This document shows positions 36,963-47,040 of a DNA stretch of 64,000 nucleotides, piece by piece. How positions within the stretch are numbered: the first letter of the stretch is position 1; each line of letters starts with the position of its first letter. Origin of the DNA: Waddliaceae bacterium (GTDB taxonomy: Bacteria; Chlamydiota; Chlamydiia; Chlamydiales; JABHNK01); contig JABHNK010000006.1 of assembly GCA_018694295.1 (NCBI GenBank), forward strand, positions 318 to 64,317, written 5' to 3'. The position numbers and the translations under genes are program-made. A model generated the notes under the pieces. That model ran no database searches. It had not been told where the DNA came from and was given only the letters and a program-made list of their open reading frames with translations.

Positions 36963-39122
36963 TCACTTTGTTATATCGAAAGTTTTTCGTAGGGCGAATT
37001 CTGTTTTTTTGCCTTTGTTCCACTGTTTTACCGGGCGAAGGTATCCTACTATACGGGAATACACCTCTGTGTCTTCGCTACACTTCGGACATGTCGGCTG
37101 TTTTCCTAGAATGTATCCGTGCGAAGGGCATACCGAGAACGTCGGCGAGATTGTGAAGTATGGCATCTTATAGGTGTGGCATACCTTCTTAACAAAAGCT
37201 TTGACGGCCTGCGGATCGGCAACAGCTTCGCCGAGGAAGATGTGCTGTACCGTGCCACCGGTGTATTTCGTCTGTAGCTCGTTCTGCATATCCAATACCT
37301 GGAAGATGTCGTCTGAGAAATTTATCGGCAGCTGCGAAGAGTTTGTGTAGAAAGGATCGGCGTCTTTGTTTATGACATCGTCATTATTGGCACAGACAAT
37401 ATCGGAGAAGTTGTCTTTGTCGATCTTAGAAAGACGGTATGATGTCCCTTCGGCAGGGGTGGCTTCGAGGTTGTAGATGTTGCCGGTTTCTTCTTGGAAG
37501 GTGGCAAGCATGTCGCGCATATGGTCCAAGACCCGACATGCGAAAGCGTTGCCTTCTTCGGTGGCGATAGTGGTGTCGTGGAGGTTTATACACGCCTCGT
37601 TCATCCCTATGATGCCGATGGTGGCAAAGTGGTTGTACCAATAACTTCCAAAACGTTCTTTTATCATGCGTAGGTAGAACTTCGAATATGGATATAGGTT
37701 TTTCTCGGTAAACTGTTCTACGATCTTACGCTTCGTCTCAAGGCTTGTCTTGGCGATACGCATAAGATGGTCGAGATTGGTGAAAAACTCCTTTTCGTCG
37801 AGGGCTTTGTATCCCAGCTGCGGAAGGTTTATCGTAACAACGCCGATAGAGCCCGTCAAAGGGTTTGCGCCGAAGAGGCCGCCGCCACGCTTCTCAAGGT
37901 CGCGGAGGTCGAGACGTAGCCTGCAGCACATCGACCGTGCATCGTCGGGGGACATGTCGGCATTGACGAAGTTTGCGAAATAGGGGATGCCATACTTCGC
38001 AGCGACTTCCCAAAGTTTGTCCATGTTCTTCATCTCCCAGTCGAAATCTTTGGTGATGTTATAAGTGGGGATCGGGAAGCTAAAGACACGACCGCGAGCG
38101 TCGCCTTCGGCCATTATCTCAAGAAACGCTCTGTTGAACATATCCATCTCTTCCTGGAAGTCGCGGTATTTCTCTTTCTTGATCTCACCGCCGATGACGA
38201 CGTTCTCATTGGCGAGAACACCTGAAGGCTGTAGGTCGAGGGTGACGTTGGTGAAAGGCGTCTGGAAGCCTACACGCGTAGGGACGTTCATATTGAAGAT
38301 AAATTCCTGCATCGCCTGCCGAACTTCTTCGTAGGAGAGTTTGTCATAGCGGATAAACGGCGCAAGGAAGGTATCGAAACTCGAGAACGCCTCGGCGCCG
38401 GCAGCCTCGCCCTGAAGGGTGTAGAAGAAATTCACCACCTGACCCAAAGCGGCACGGAAATGCTTGGGTGGCTTGCTCTGCGACTTACCAAAAGCGCCGG
38501 TGAAACCAGAACGTATAAGGTCTTGAAGATCCCAACCTACACAATAAGGGGCGATGAGACTGAGATCGTGGATGTGTATCGCCGCAGACATATGCGCTTC
38601 GCGGATCTCTGGAGTGTATACCTTGTTGAGCCAATATACCTTGCTGAGCTCGCCAGCAGCATAGTTGTTTAAACCCTGAAGGGAATAGTCCATGTTGCTG
38701 TTCTCGTTGACCTGCCAGTCGAGACGTTTTAAATAGTTGTCAAGAAGATCGACGTCGGCCTTCTTTACCATCTCCCTGATGCGAGCATGCTGGTCGCGGT
38801 ATAAGATATACGACTTCGCCGTAAGCTTGAAAGATGAAGCAAGAAGGACGTCTTCGACGATGTCCTGGGTGTCCTCGACGGAAGGTACAGCGTCATGGAT
38901 CATCATCTGCATCATGCTAAGGATACGCAGCGTCAAGGTCTTGGCAACATCGTCGCCAAACTCTCCAGTAGACTTCCCGGAATTGATAAGCGCCGCAGTT
39001 ATCTTCTTGGCGTCGAAGGCAACACAGCGGCCGTCACGCTTTCGTATCGTAGTAAATACTGGGGAACCATTGTCTTCTGTTGTTGCTTTGTTGTCTTGTT
39101 TTTTAGTAATAGTTGTTGGCAT
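36963..39122 (-). CDS. nrdD: Anaerobic (class III) ribonucleoside-triphosphate reductase
   Basis: 719 aa with an N-terminal ATP-cone (IRKRDGRCVAFDAKKI), a C-terminal Zn ribbon CPSHG...CPKC, and the glycyl-radical motif SRIVGYLRPV. Confidence 0.95.
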   Translation of the reverse strand: MPTTITKKQDNKATTEDNGSPVFTTIRKRDGRCVAFDAKKITAALINSGKSTGEFGDDVAKTLTLRILSMMQMMIHDAVPSVEDTQDIVEDVLLASSFKLTAKSYILYRDQHARIREMVKKADVDLLDNYLKRLDWQVNENSNMDYSLQGLNNYAAGELSKVYWLNKVYTPEIREAHMSAAIHIHDLSLIAPYCVGWDLQDLIRSGFTGAFGKSQSKPPKHFRAALGQVVNFFYTLQGEAAGAEAFSSFDTFLAPFIRYDKLSYEEVRQAMQEFIFNMNVPTRVGFQTPFTNVTLDLQPSGVLANENVVIGGEIKKEKYRDFQEEMDMFNRAFLEIMAEGDARGRVFSFPIPTYNITKDFDWEMKNMDKLWEVAAKYGIPYFANFVNADMSPDDARSMCCRLRLDLRDLEKRGGGLFGANPLTGSIGVVTINLPQLGYKALDEKEFFTNLDHLMRIAKTSLETKRKIVEQFTEKNLYPYSKFYLRMIKERFGSYWYNHFATIGIIGMNEACINLHDTTIATEEGNAFACRVLDHMRDMLATFQEETGNIYNLEATPAEGTSYRLSKIDKDNFSDIVCANNDDVINKDADPFYTNSSQLPINFSDDIFQVLDMQNELQTKYTGGTVQHIFLGEAVADPQAVKAFVKKVCHTYKMPYFTISPTFSVCPSHGYILGKQPTCPKCSEDTEVYSRIVGYLRPVKQWNKGKKTEFALRKTFDITK

Positions 39123-39155
39123 GTGTTTTTTGTTTTCCTTTCGTGGTTAAAATAT

Positions 39156-40022
39156 TTATTGATCGCTGTCTTCCGAAGAATCATCTTCGTTGTCTTCAGG
39201 AGAAAGACCTTTGAAAAATCCGCCGAAGGTCTCAAGGACATCTTCGAGCTTCTTGCCTTCGCCTTTTAATATATCTTTTGCTGCCTCGAGGCTTTCCTTA
39301 AGGTCTATTGGCTCGCCATCGTCTCTGTCGAGAATTATCGTGTCAAGAAGCTTAGTCGGAAGATTTATCATGTCTTCCAACGACTTCTTAAGGTCGGGGT
39401 TTGTTAGGAGACTACGCATCATAGCATCTAATATTACCTTCATAAGGACATGCGGTGAGAAAGACCCTTCTTCGCCGATGTCGTACAGCTCGATCTTCGG
39501 TATCGTAGTATGTATCTTGCCGAGAAGAGGGTTTATGACGTCGACGGTGATGTTCTCAAGAAGAAGGCGCTTGATGATAACATTCCTTTCACCAGAAGGC
39601 GTTGCTGATTCTTCGGTGTCGGAAGATTCTTCGCCGGAAGGAGATAGGTTTTCGATGATGATGGTCCAGTTGGATTTACCTCCACCAAAACGATATTGCT
39701 CGACAGCAACAGATATGTCTTTGATGACGATCTCTTCGATCTCGTGCGGTGACGTCATGATACGCAACGGGTTGTACTTCACCATAAAAGAATCGGTGGA
39801 AAACGCCGTCGGAAGAGTAGAACCTCGTGGGTTACCAATAAAAAACTTTTCGATGGTAATACCACGAAAACCTACGTCGATAGTGTCGATGGTGACAGGG
39901 ACGTCAGCAGCAGTAGAAAGATACGACGATAGAAGGTCGGCGCGCTGCGTCCAAGAATAATATGCCCCGACGATGGCGATGACGACAACGAGAAAAAATA
40001 AACGCTTTATTGTCTTAAACAT
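39156..40022 (-). CDS. Membrane-anchored protein, AsmA/DUF748-like N-terminal region, acidic tail
   Basis: 288 aa with an N-terminal TM (LFFLVVVIAIVGAYY), then a beta-rich pattern reminiscent of AsmA/DUF748 proteins and a D/E/S-rich C-terminus. The 33-nt gap to nrdD suggests co-transcription. Confidence 0.45.
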   Translation of the reverse strand: MFKTIKRLFFLVVVIAIVGAYYSWTQRADLLSSYLSTAADVPVTIDTIDVGFRGITIEKFFIGNPRGSTLPTAFSTDSFMVKYNPLRIMTSPHEIEEIVIKDISVAVEQYRFGGGKSNWTIIIENLSPSGEESSDTEESATPSGERNVIIKRLLLENITVDVINPLLGKIHTTIPKIELYDIGEEGSFSPHVLMKVILDAMMRSLLTNPDLKKSLEDMINLPTKLLDTIILDRDDGEPIDLKESLEAAKDILKGEGKKLEDVLETFGGFFKGLSPEDNEDDSSEDSDQ

Positions 40023-40238
40023 AACAGGTTACACCTACATAAGAAAGGGCTTTAACAAAGAGGTTTTGTTTTTACGTAATGTTCTCTTGTACATCATTGA
40101 CATGTGAAGTAGCAAGGAAAATCTTCTCAATATTGGACACGATATCCGTAAATATATGGCGCTCATGTAGTACAAAAAATCAAAAAAAAAGATATACAAA
40201 ATTCTGGGAACTTTGTAGCCTAAAAAATATTTTATTCA

Positions 40239-40396
40239 CTGATGTTACACGCTAATCTTGCTTTAGTGGTGTAGCGAAAGGGACAAGATTCAAGTACTTC
40301 CGACGAACCAAGCTCTGAAGAGCTAGGTGAGGAGGAATGCGCAGTAGATTGTTCCTTGCAGCACGCCAATAAAGTTAAAGTTGCGCGTAAGGTCAG
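40239..40396 (+). repeat. Family-B 158-nt structured repeat, copy B3
   Basis: Ends 48 nt before the ATG of the 2157-aa ankyrin gene, in sense orientation. Same length and block structure as B1 and B4. Confidence 0.85.
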
Positions 40397-40444
40397 TGAT
40401 ACAACAAAAGTTTTATAAAACCTAAAACCTTAGGAAAAATAATT

Positions 40445-43400
40445 ATGAGCTCATCAAGTGTATTATCAAGTCAAACATCAACACCAATAGGAGCACCACT
40501 AAGACTCATGCCAGCATATCAACAGGATGGGAGTCACAGATATTATCAGAATGGGAGTCAAAGTCCCGTGGATGACGCTCCAGATCGAAGATCATTTACT
40601 CCATCTGAAAAAGATAGAATTGATATTGTAAGCAGGTCTATGAGTTTTGTTCACGGATTGAGCGATGAAGACGCGCGTATTGTTACTAAGGTTAAAGAAG
40701 CATTGAGTACAAAGGGAAATATTAGTCATAATCCTTCTATTTCAACATTGAAGGAGATTTACAGTAAGAAAGAAGGAGATGAAGCATTAACTAAAAGATA
40801 TGATAGAATATGGAAAGAGATATTCGTAAACAGAGAAGAATTTGGCGTCGTAGCTAAAAACCGCTTGATCAGAATTTTTCGAAAAAAAGAGTCTCTTGAC
40901 TTGCAAGGAAGCCCCATGGAAGGAGGGCGTGCACGAGATGTAAAAATACCAGAGATAGAAGGTGTGGAGGGGCTAGGGGATTCAGAAATCATAGGAGCCT
41001 TTGTCGATGGTTTTAACGCTTCAGAAAGTAGTAAAGGAAAGCGCAAGCAATATATCAATCGTGCTTATAGAGTCATTGCAGACATAGTAGAAACGACGTA
41101 TTACTATAAAGAAGACACCGGGAAAATGTTTTTTGACACACGTACCGTGGCATTAGCACGCGATGAGCTTCTTACGATGTTTGATTGTCAAAATTTGAAT
41201 GTCAAAGAAAGAGCCATTCGAAATATTATACTGCTTAATGAGCTTATGGTTGTTCCAGAAAGCGAATTAGAGAAAAAGACAGACAGTGGTTTAGAAGTGA
41301 TGGTAGAAGAACTTTTCAAAAGAAGTAAGGGCTTGTATGAAAATGTTGAGATAAAAAGAAAGACGGAAGTCGGTAAGGACACAATACTTAGAATTACTTC
41401 GCCACGTCTTGCATGGCCTCTCGTTAGAGCCTTGACAACGACGATAAAGACACAGGTGTTACTTGAAAAGGCAGGAAATAGGTTTCGTATTGAAGAAGGC
41501 GTTCGGCAGGAAAGGATTAAGGTTTTAGATAGAATCCTCGAGAGCAATAAAGTGATTAAACATGAAGAAATAACGGAAGATGGAGAAGTAAAATTTTGGG
41601 CAGAATTTGGTAAAGAACTTCTCGAATTAATGGGGCCGAAAGTGTCTGGAAAAGAAAGATTAAAAGATCTTGCTGTGGAAGCTGTTAAAGATGGTGTTGA
41701 GGTGGCGTCTTCGGTGGCAAGTGCAGCAGGAAACGTCGCTGCTCACGATCCTCTGGCGGTGGCAGAAGATGCTTTCAAAGTCGTTCAAACGGTAGGAAAG
41801 GCTGCCCTCAAGACCGCAGGGGCAGTAAAAGAGCATTCAGATAAAACAAAAGAATGGGCAAATAATCTTATTAAACTTGAAAAGGTGTGCTTCGAATCTC
41901 TTAATAATAGTGAGGAGTTTCGCCTCAGCGCTGTAAAACTCGTGCAGCAATATATGCACGGCGAAGAAACTAACACAAGCCTTTCGTATGGCGTTTTGAC
42001 GATATTGGAGCGCGTAGTCTTAGACTCTACGGACGATAACATAAGGGAAGAGGCCATGAAGCTTATCTTCCAATATAGCAATATTGGCGGCGATGAAATC
42101 AGAATCCGCGTAGTGATTGCTGCACTAACCATCTTATTCAACGTCAAAGATAAGCCTGATGATGGTGGTTCCAGTGATAGAATACGGAACACAGCATATG
42201 CTATCGTGTGTTATTGTCAGCATAGCGAAGACTTTCCTGACCAGGCCAAAGAAAGGATAAGGTCGGCGCTTGATACAGAAAATTTCGTTGATAGTGTTAA
42301 AGCAAAAGTCGTTGCTAGTGTTAAAGCAAGAATTCGTTCTGCGATGAGAGAAGCACTATGTATGAACGTCATACGTTTCGTTATGCGATGGGTCGCCGAT
42401 ATAAAAAGCGAAGGGGAATATGGAGGGTCCTCGTTGGCGACATTACTATCATATTCGCGAAAAACTGTTGTTGTGCCGCCATTGCTCGCATGGCTCAAAG
42501 AACTTTTCCCTAAACATTATAGAAAACCCGATGTTTATGGAAACACACCATATCACGTTGTCGCTATGCAAGACAATCCTAAGATGATACGATGTATCGC
42601 CGAGGAACTCAAAGCGATCAACATCAACCAAAAAGATTATGCCCAAGGTAAAGACAAGGGCTACGCAGCACTTCATTATGCCGTAGAAAAAGGGTTCTAT
42701 AAAACGGTAGAAGAGCTCATCAATATAGGAGAAACAATAAACCCGAAGATAAAGATTGATATTTGCGATAAAGAAGGTAATACACCTTTCCATATAGCAG
42801 TAAGAGAGGCAATAAAAACAGACAAACTTCTTGCTAAAGCAAGTGATGAAGAAAGAGGCGCCAAAGAAAAAACCGCGACAGCAGAACAAGAACTTAAAAC
42901 CTTGTTGGCAACGAGAAAAAATAAAAGCGATAATATAGAAGGAATAAGTAAAAAAAGAGAGAAAATCGAAGAGTTAAGGGAGGAAGAAGAGAAAAAAGAG
43001 GATAGGGTCAAAGAGCTGAAAGAAAAGCAGGCGCAACACAAGAAAATTGAAGCATTACTAGTTCAAAAATGTCCTAAGAGCATCAATTGTATTAATAAAG
43101 CGGGTGATACGGCACTTAATATAGCAATACGTGAAGACGCTGCTGAAAAAGCACTAGAAATTAAGGCGTTAGGTGGTGAGGTCGCTGAAAAAGAACGATC
43201 TAAAACAAGCGCTATAAGCGTGGCGGCACGATGTGATTCGACTAAGACATTAGTAGCACTTATATCGAAAAAACTTGAAGGCGTGAAAGGAGATGGTAGA
43301 GGCGCAGTATTATCAAAATTTGAAGCTATTGATATTGTCGAAGTATTCAATAGGGCAATACGCGCCGAAGAAACTGTTGATGATGCACTAATAATTTTTC

Positions 43401-46400
43401 ATCTGAACAATACGAAGAAATGTAACCCTTATAAAATATCCTTTCGATATAGCCAATGTTATACAAGCAGTGATTTTTTCTCCGACTTCGTTGGTAGTAG
43501 AAAAGCGAAAGATCCTTCACTTGAAAAATATCAGACTGTAGCAGATGCGATTACAACTGAAAGTCAGGGCAAAAAAGCAGATTCGTATTTGGAGATAGCT
43601 ATAACTCTGAAACAGGCATATTCGACAAAGGTAGAAAATATAGATGTTCTTAAAAGCTTTGTTGGAAGAGAGGGTTGGGAGCGGCCTAATAAATATGATG
43701 TTGGGCCGTTACACATGGCTGTTTTAGGTAAAAAACATGTAGGAATAGAACTGCTCGCAAAAAAATATTCTGGAAAAGAAAGTATTAGTATAGATGCTAA
43801 AACCAAGAAGGGTTTTACGGCACTTCACCTTGCGGCATTGCTCCATGACAAGCAAGCGATTAAAATTCTTCTTGATGAAGGAGCCGACCCTAATGTCAAA
43901 AATGAATATGGTGATACACCTTTCCAGATGATTTTTGGTGTAGAGGAACAAACAACAGATTATCTTCAGATAATGGTACATGAAACTTTTCCTTTTGTTT
44001 TACCAAAGCCGGAAGAACACTTTAAAGATTTTGCTGGAGTAGCAAAGTTGTTTATAGACAAAGATGCCAATGTAGGCCTTAAAAAAGGTTACGATCACAA
44101 CCTTCTTCATCGTGTTGCTTTGAGTGGGTCGAAGAAAATGGTAGAATTTGTATGTGAACGATACAAGAACAAGGATAAGGATCTTTTCTGGGATAAAAAT
44201 CATAAAGGAAGAATACCAATAGAAGAAGCGCTAGAAGCTAAGAAAAATAAAATCGTTGAAAAACTCATTAGGACAAAAGCTCATGATGGTTTGCGATTCG
44301 AAGATGCTGAAGATGCTCTTGATGCTTTTTTTATTGTTGAGGCTCTTGAGGCTCTTGAGGCTCTTAAGGCAGGAAGTGCCGAGGCCGTCGAAAGGCTCAT
44401 CAAGAAGATATTTAATAGTGATTCACAAACCAAAGAGGTTCTTGAGGCTCTTAAGGCTCTTAAGGCAGGAAATGCCGAGCTTGTTAAAAAACTCATCGAG
44501 ACGAAAGCTCATGATGGTTTAAAGACGATATTTCATGATGATGATACACGACTAGAAGAGGCTCTTGAGGCTTTTGGCACAGGAAACGCCGAGGCCGTCA
44601 AAAAGCTCATCAAGACGAAAGCTCATGATCGTTTTAAACTCGAAGATGCTCTTAAGTTTCTTGAGACAGGAAATGCTGATGTCGTTGAAAAACTCATCAA
44701 AACGATATTTAATAGTGATTCACGACTAGAAGATGCTCTTGAGGCTTTTAATATAGGAAATGCCGAGACCCTCGAAAGTCTTGTCAGAGTGAAATTTTAT
44801 GATGATCTTAAGGCAACATTTCATGGTGATCCACGACTAGAAGAGGCTCTTGAGTCTTTTAAGGCGGGAAATGCTGAGACCCTCGAAAGTCTTGTTAGGG
44901 CGAAATTTCATGATGATCTACGAAATTTTGCCAAGGCACTCCAAAAAAAGACAAGGATGAGCCTGGGGAATATCCTTGCGCGCGCAAACTTGACAGACCT
45001 GTTTAGAGAATATTATGAAGCCTATAGTTCTATGGTGTTTGATAAAGAAGATACACCACTAGGCCTTACGCCATTGCACGTCGCTGCTCGTGAAGGCAAT
45101 ACAGAGATCATTGAATTTTATAAAGGTAATAAATTGTCTCTCAATCATACCGATAAATATGGCAACACCGCATGTATACAAGCAGTCCTTGCTGGTAACA
45201 TCGATTTCCTCGAAAAACTCATCGAGGCAGGTGCTGATATTAATATAACGAATAAAGATGGACGTTCCGCGTTACATATCGCTGCCGCCAAAGGCTCGAC
45301 GAAAGCGATCGAACATCTTGTCGGCAAACGCTCTGGCGAAGAACTCTATAAAGTAGTACGGAAAAAGGACGTCTATGGCAATACTGCTCTGCAAATGGCG
45401 TCCACATACGGTAAGGTTGAAAGCGCAAAAGTACTTCTCGAGAAAGACCCAGAGCTATTTTTCATCCACAATGATGAGCGACGATATCCTATCCACACAG
45501 CAAGTGTCCAAGGGCATGAAAAACTATTTGAACATTTTGTGAGTGATGACCTTATTAGTCTTTTGCAGAAAGTAAGAGAAGGCATTGAACTCTCCTCTAT
45601 CATAGATTACAAAGATGTTGAAGGAAATACTCCATTTTTGCTTGCTGCACTAAAAGGAAGCCCTCCAATCGTTAAATTGTGTAAAGAGAGTGATGCTAGT
45701 ATCATTGTTACCGATAACAAAAATGAAAACGCCGCCCACAAAGCCCTATATTATCGACATCGTGATGTCGTAAAATATCTTGCAAAAATAGCTGCGGAAT
45801 CCATTTTAGGGGGAGTGAACTGTCTTTTCGGTGCTCTCGATGATGATGGAGAGCCTCCCGTTCACGAGCTAGCAAAGATGGGTGACAGCGATGAAGCGGT
45901 GAAAATTTTCCGTATTCTTATAGATCTCGGCGTCGATCCATGGGTTGAAGATAGGCAAGGTCGTACCCTTCTTGATAAAATGTGTGTCTATGGATGCTCC
46001 AAAGAACTGTGGAAGTCGATGATAGCTACGAAAGGCTGGTGGTGGATAAAAAGCCACGGACATCGAATTATAAAACTTAGCGCAAAGCGCGATAGCAAAA
46101 AAGAGACATGTCTTCATATTGCTGCAGCTAGTGGACAGTTTGATATTGTGAAATTTTTCATCAAAGACCCCGAAACTGAGTCGTCGCAATCACAAGTGTC
46201 ACGTAACGTCAATGCGTTCTTCGACAGGTTTAGAGTCCTTTGGCTTGGGGGTATCCTTGCGGTAAAGAACAAGGATGGAATGACGCCGTTGCACTGCGCT
46301 GTAAAGAAGAGAGAGTATGTTATAGCAGAATATATGATAGAACAAAGAAAGTATCTCATCAAGCAGTGTGACGATAAAAAACGTAATATTGTCCATATGA

Positions 46401-46918
46401 TTCTCGATAAAGAAAGTCTCGATGAGAAAGACCTCAAGTTTTTGGCGAAAGTCCTGAAAAAAGATCCTAGTATGCTAGAAGACACGGACGAAGACGGAAG
46501 AACACCATTATACGCTCTTGCTGATAATCTCCGTGACATCAGAGCCATTAAGATTGTACTACTAAATGTTCCAGGAGATTCTAGGGAAGAACAGGAGAAG
46601 GTCGTTGGTAAAAAGGCCGACGATAAAAGGTCGGCGAAGAGTATTGGTAAAACTAAAGAAGACGCGTTCCATAAGTGGATTGTTAAGTCTCCTGAGCTTC
46701 TTAAGGAAGGACGCGAAGGAGCTGGCCTTACAGAGGACCGGCTCAAAGACATACTAAGAATAGATGCTGAAGACGAGGTAGCTACCGATGATAGCAGCTC
46801 CCCACCAAGCTCTTCTGCAAGTAGTGCTTCAGACTTGACACCTCGAGTCTTTGCAGAACCAGAAGATCCCAAAGCTGAGGCAGGTCCTGAAATAGTTTGC
46901 TCTGAGCCTGAGCCCTAG
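40445..46918 (+). CDS. Giant ankyrin-repeat protein 1 (2157 aa)
   Basis: The N-terminal ~700 aa have no recognisable domain. There are many canonical ANK units (GNTPYHVVA..., GYAALHYAV..., GLTPLHVAAREGNTEIIEF...), a ~7-unit degenerate repeat array at 44225-44929, and a K/E-rich coiled-coil insert. Paralogous to the next gene. Confidence 0.85.
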   Translation: MSSSSVLSSQTSTPIGAPLRLMPAYQQDGSHRYYQNGSQSPVDDAPDRRSFTPSEKDRIDIVSRSMSFVHGLSDEDARIVTKVKEALSTKGNISHNPSISTLKEIYSKKEGDEALTKRYDRIWKEIFVNREEFGVVAKNRLIRIFRKKESLDLQGSPMEGGRARDVKIPEIEGVEGLGDSEIIGAFVDGFNASESSKGKRKQYINRAYRVIADIVETTYYYKEDTGKMFFDTRTVALARDELLTMFDCQNLNVKERAIRNIILLNELMVVPESELEKKTDSGLEVMVEELFKRSKGLYENVEIKRKTEVGKDTILRITSPRLAWPLVRALTTTIKTQVLLEKAGNRFRIEEGVRQERIKVLDRILESNKVIKHEEITEDGEVKFWAEFGKELLELMGPKVSGKERLKDLAVEAVKDGVEVASSVASAAGNVAAHDPLAVAEDAFKVVQTVGKAALKTAGAVKEHSDKTKEWANNLIKLEKVCFESLNNSEEFRLSAVKLVQQYMHGEETNTSLSYGVLTILERVVLDSTDDNIREEAMKLIFQYSNIGGDEIRIRVVIAALTILFNVKDKPDDGGSSDRIRNTAYAIVCYCQHSEDFPDQAKERIRSALDTENFVDSVKAKVVASVKARIRSAMREALCMNVIRFVMRWVADIKSEGEYGGSSLATLLSYSRKTVVVPPLLAWLKELFPKHYRKPDVYGNTPYHVVAMQDNPKMIRCIAEELKAININQKDYAQGKDKGYAALHYAVEKGFYKTVEELINIGETINPKIKIDICDKEGNTPFHIAVREAIKTDKLLAKASDEERGAKEKTATAEQELKTLLATRKNKSDNIEGISKKREKIEELREEEEKKEDRVKELKEKQAQHKKIEALLVQKCPKSINCINKAGDTALNIAIREDAAEKALEIKALGGEVAEKERSKTSAISVAARCDSTKTLVALISKKLEGVKGDGRGAVLSKFEAIDIVEVFNRAIRAEETVDDALIIFHLNNTKKCNPYKISFRYSQCYTSSDFFSDFVGSRKAKDPSLEKYQTVADAITTESQGKKADSYLEIAITLKQAYSTKVENIDVLKSFVGREGWERPNKYDVGPLHMAVLGKKHVGIELLAKKYSGKESISIDAKTKKGFTALHLAALLHDKQAIKILLDEGADPNVKNEYGDTPFQMIFGVEEQTTDYLQIMVHETFPFVLPKPEEHFKDFAGVAKLFIDKDANVGLKKGYDHNLLHRVALSGSKKMVEFVCERYKNKDKDLFWDKNHKGRIPIEEALEAKKNKIVEKLIRTKAHDGLRFEDAEDALDAFFIVEALEALEALKAGSAEAVERLIKKIFNSDSQTKEVLEALKALKAGNAELVKKLIETKAHDGLKTIFHDDDTRLEEALEAFGTGNAEAVKKLIKTKAHDRFKLEDALKFLETGNADVVEKLIKTIFNSDSRLEDALEAFNIGNAETLESLVRVKFYDDLKATFHGDPRLEEALESFKAGNAETLESLVRAKFHDDLRNFAKALQKKTRMSLGNILARANLTDLFREYYEAYSSMVFDKEDTPLGLTPLHVAAREGNTEIIEFYKGNKLSLNHTDKYGNTACIQAVLAGNIDFLEKLIEAGADINITNKDGRSALHIAAAKGSTKAIEHLVGKRSGEELYKVVRKKDVYGNTALQMASTYGKVESAKVLLEKDPELFFIHNDERRYPIHTASVQGHEKLFEHFVSDDLISLLQKVREGIELSSIIDYKDVEGNTPFLLAALKGSPPIVKLCKESDASIIVTDNKNENAAHKALYYRHRDVVKYLAKIAAESILGGVNCLFGALDDDGEPPVHELAKMGDSDEAVKIFRILIDLGVDPWVEDRQGRTLLDKMCVYGCSKELWKSMIATKGWWWIKSHGHRIIKLSAKRDSKKETCLHIAAASGQFDIVKFFIKDPETESSQSQVSRNVNAFFDRFRVLWLGGILAVKNKDGMTPLHCAVKKREYVIAEYMIEQRKYLIKQCDDKKRNIVHMILDKESLDEKDLKFLAKVLKKDPSMLEDTDEDGRTPLYALADNLRDIRAIKIVLLNVPGDSREEQEKVVGKKADDKRSAKSIGKTKEDAFHKWIVKSPELLKEGREGAGLTEDRLKDILRIDAEDEVATDDSSSPPSSSASSASDLTPRVFAEPEDPKAEAGPEIVCSEPEP

Positions 46919-47040
46919 CCAGATTACGCCGTGCCCGAGCCTGAGCTTATAAAAGTATAGCGTAGGCGTAGTTTTTTCTAGGAAAAATTAAGAGCGATGC
47001 GTTACTTTTCTTCCCATATACTTATATGAGGAGATGCTCT

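Noticed and set aside
39190-39960. 256-aa plus-strand ORF antisense to 39156-40022.
   Set aside because: The minus-strand product has a clean N-terminal TM helix, a sensible domain pattern and operon continuity with nrdD. The plus-strand product is S/R-rich with no start context.
40135-40152. Possible NrdR box (ACACGATATCCGT) upstream of the 39156-40022/nrdD transcription unit.
   Set aside because: It matches only about half of the 16-bp NrdR consensus as I recall it. There is no tandem second box and no nrdR gene visible in the window.
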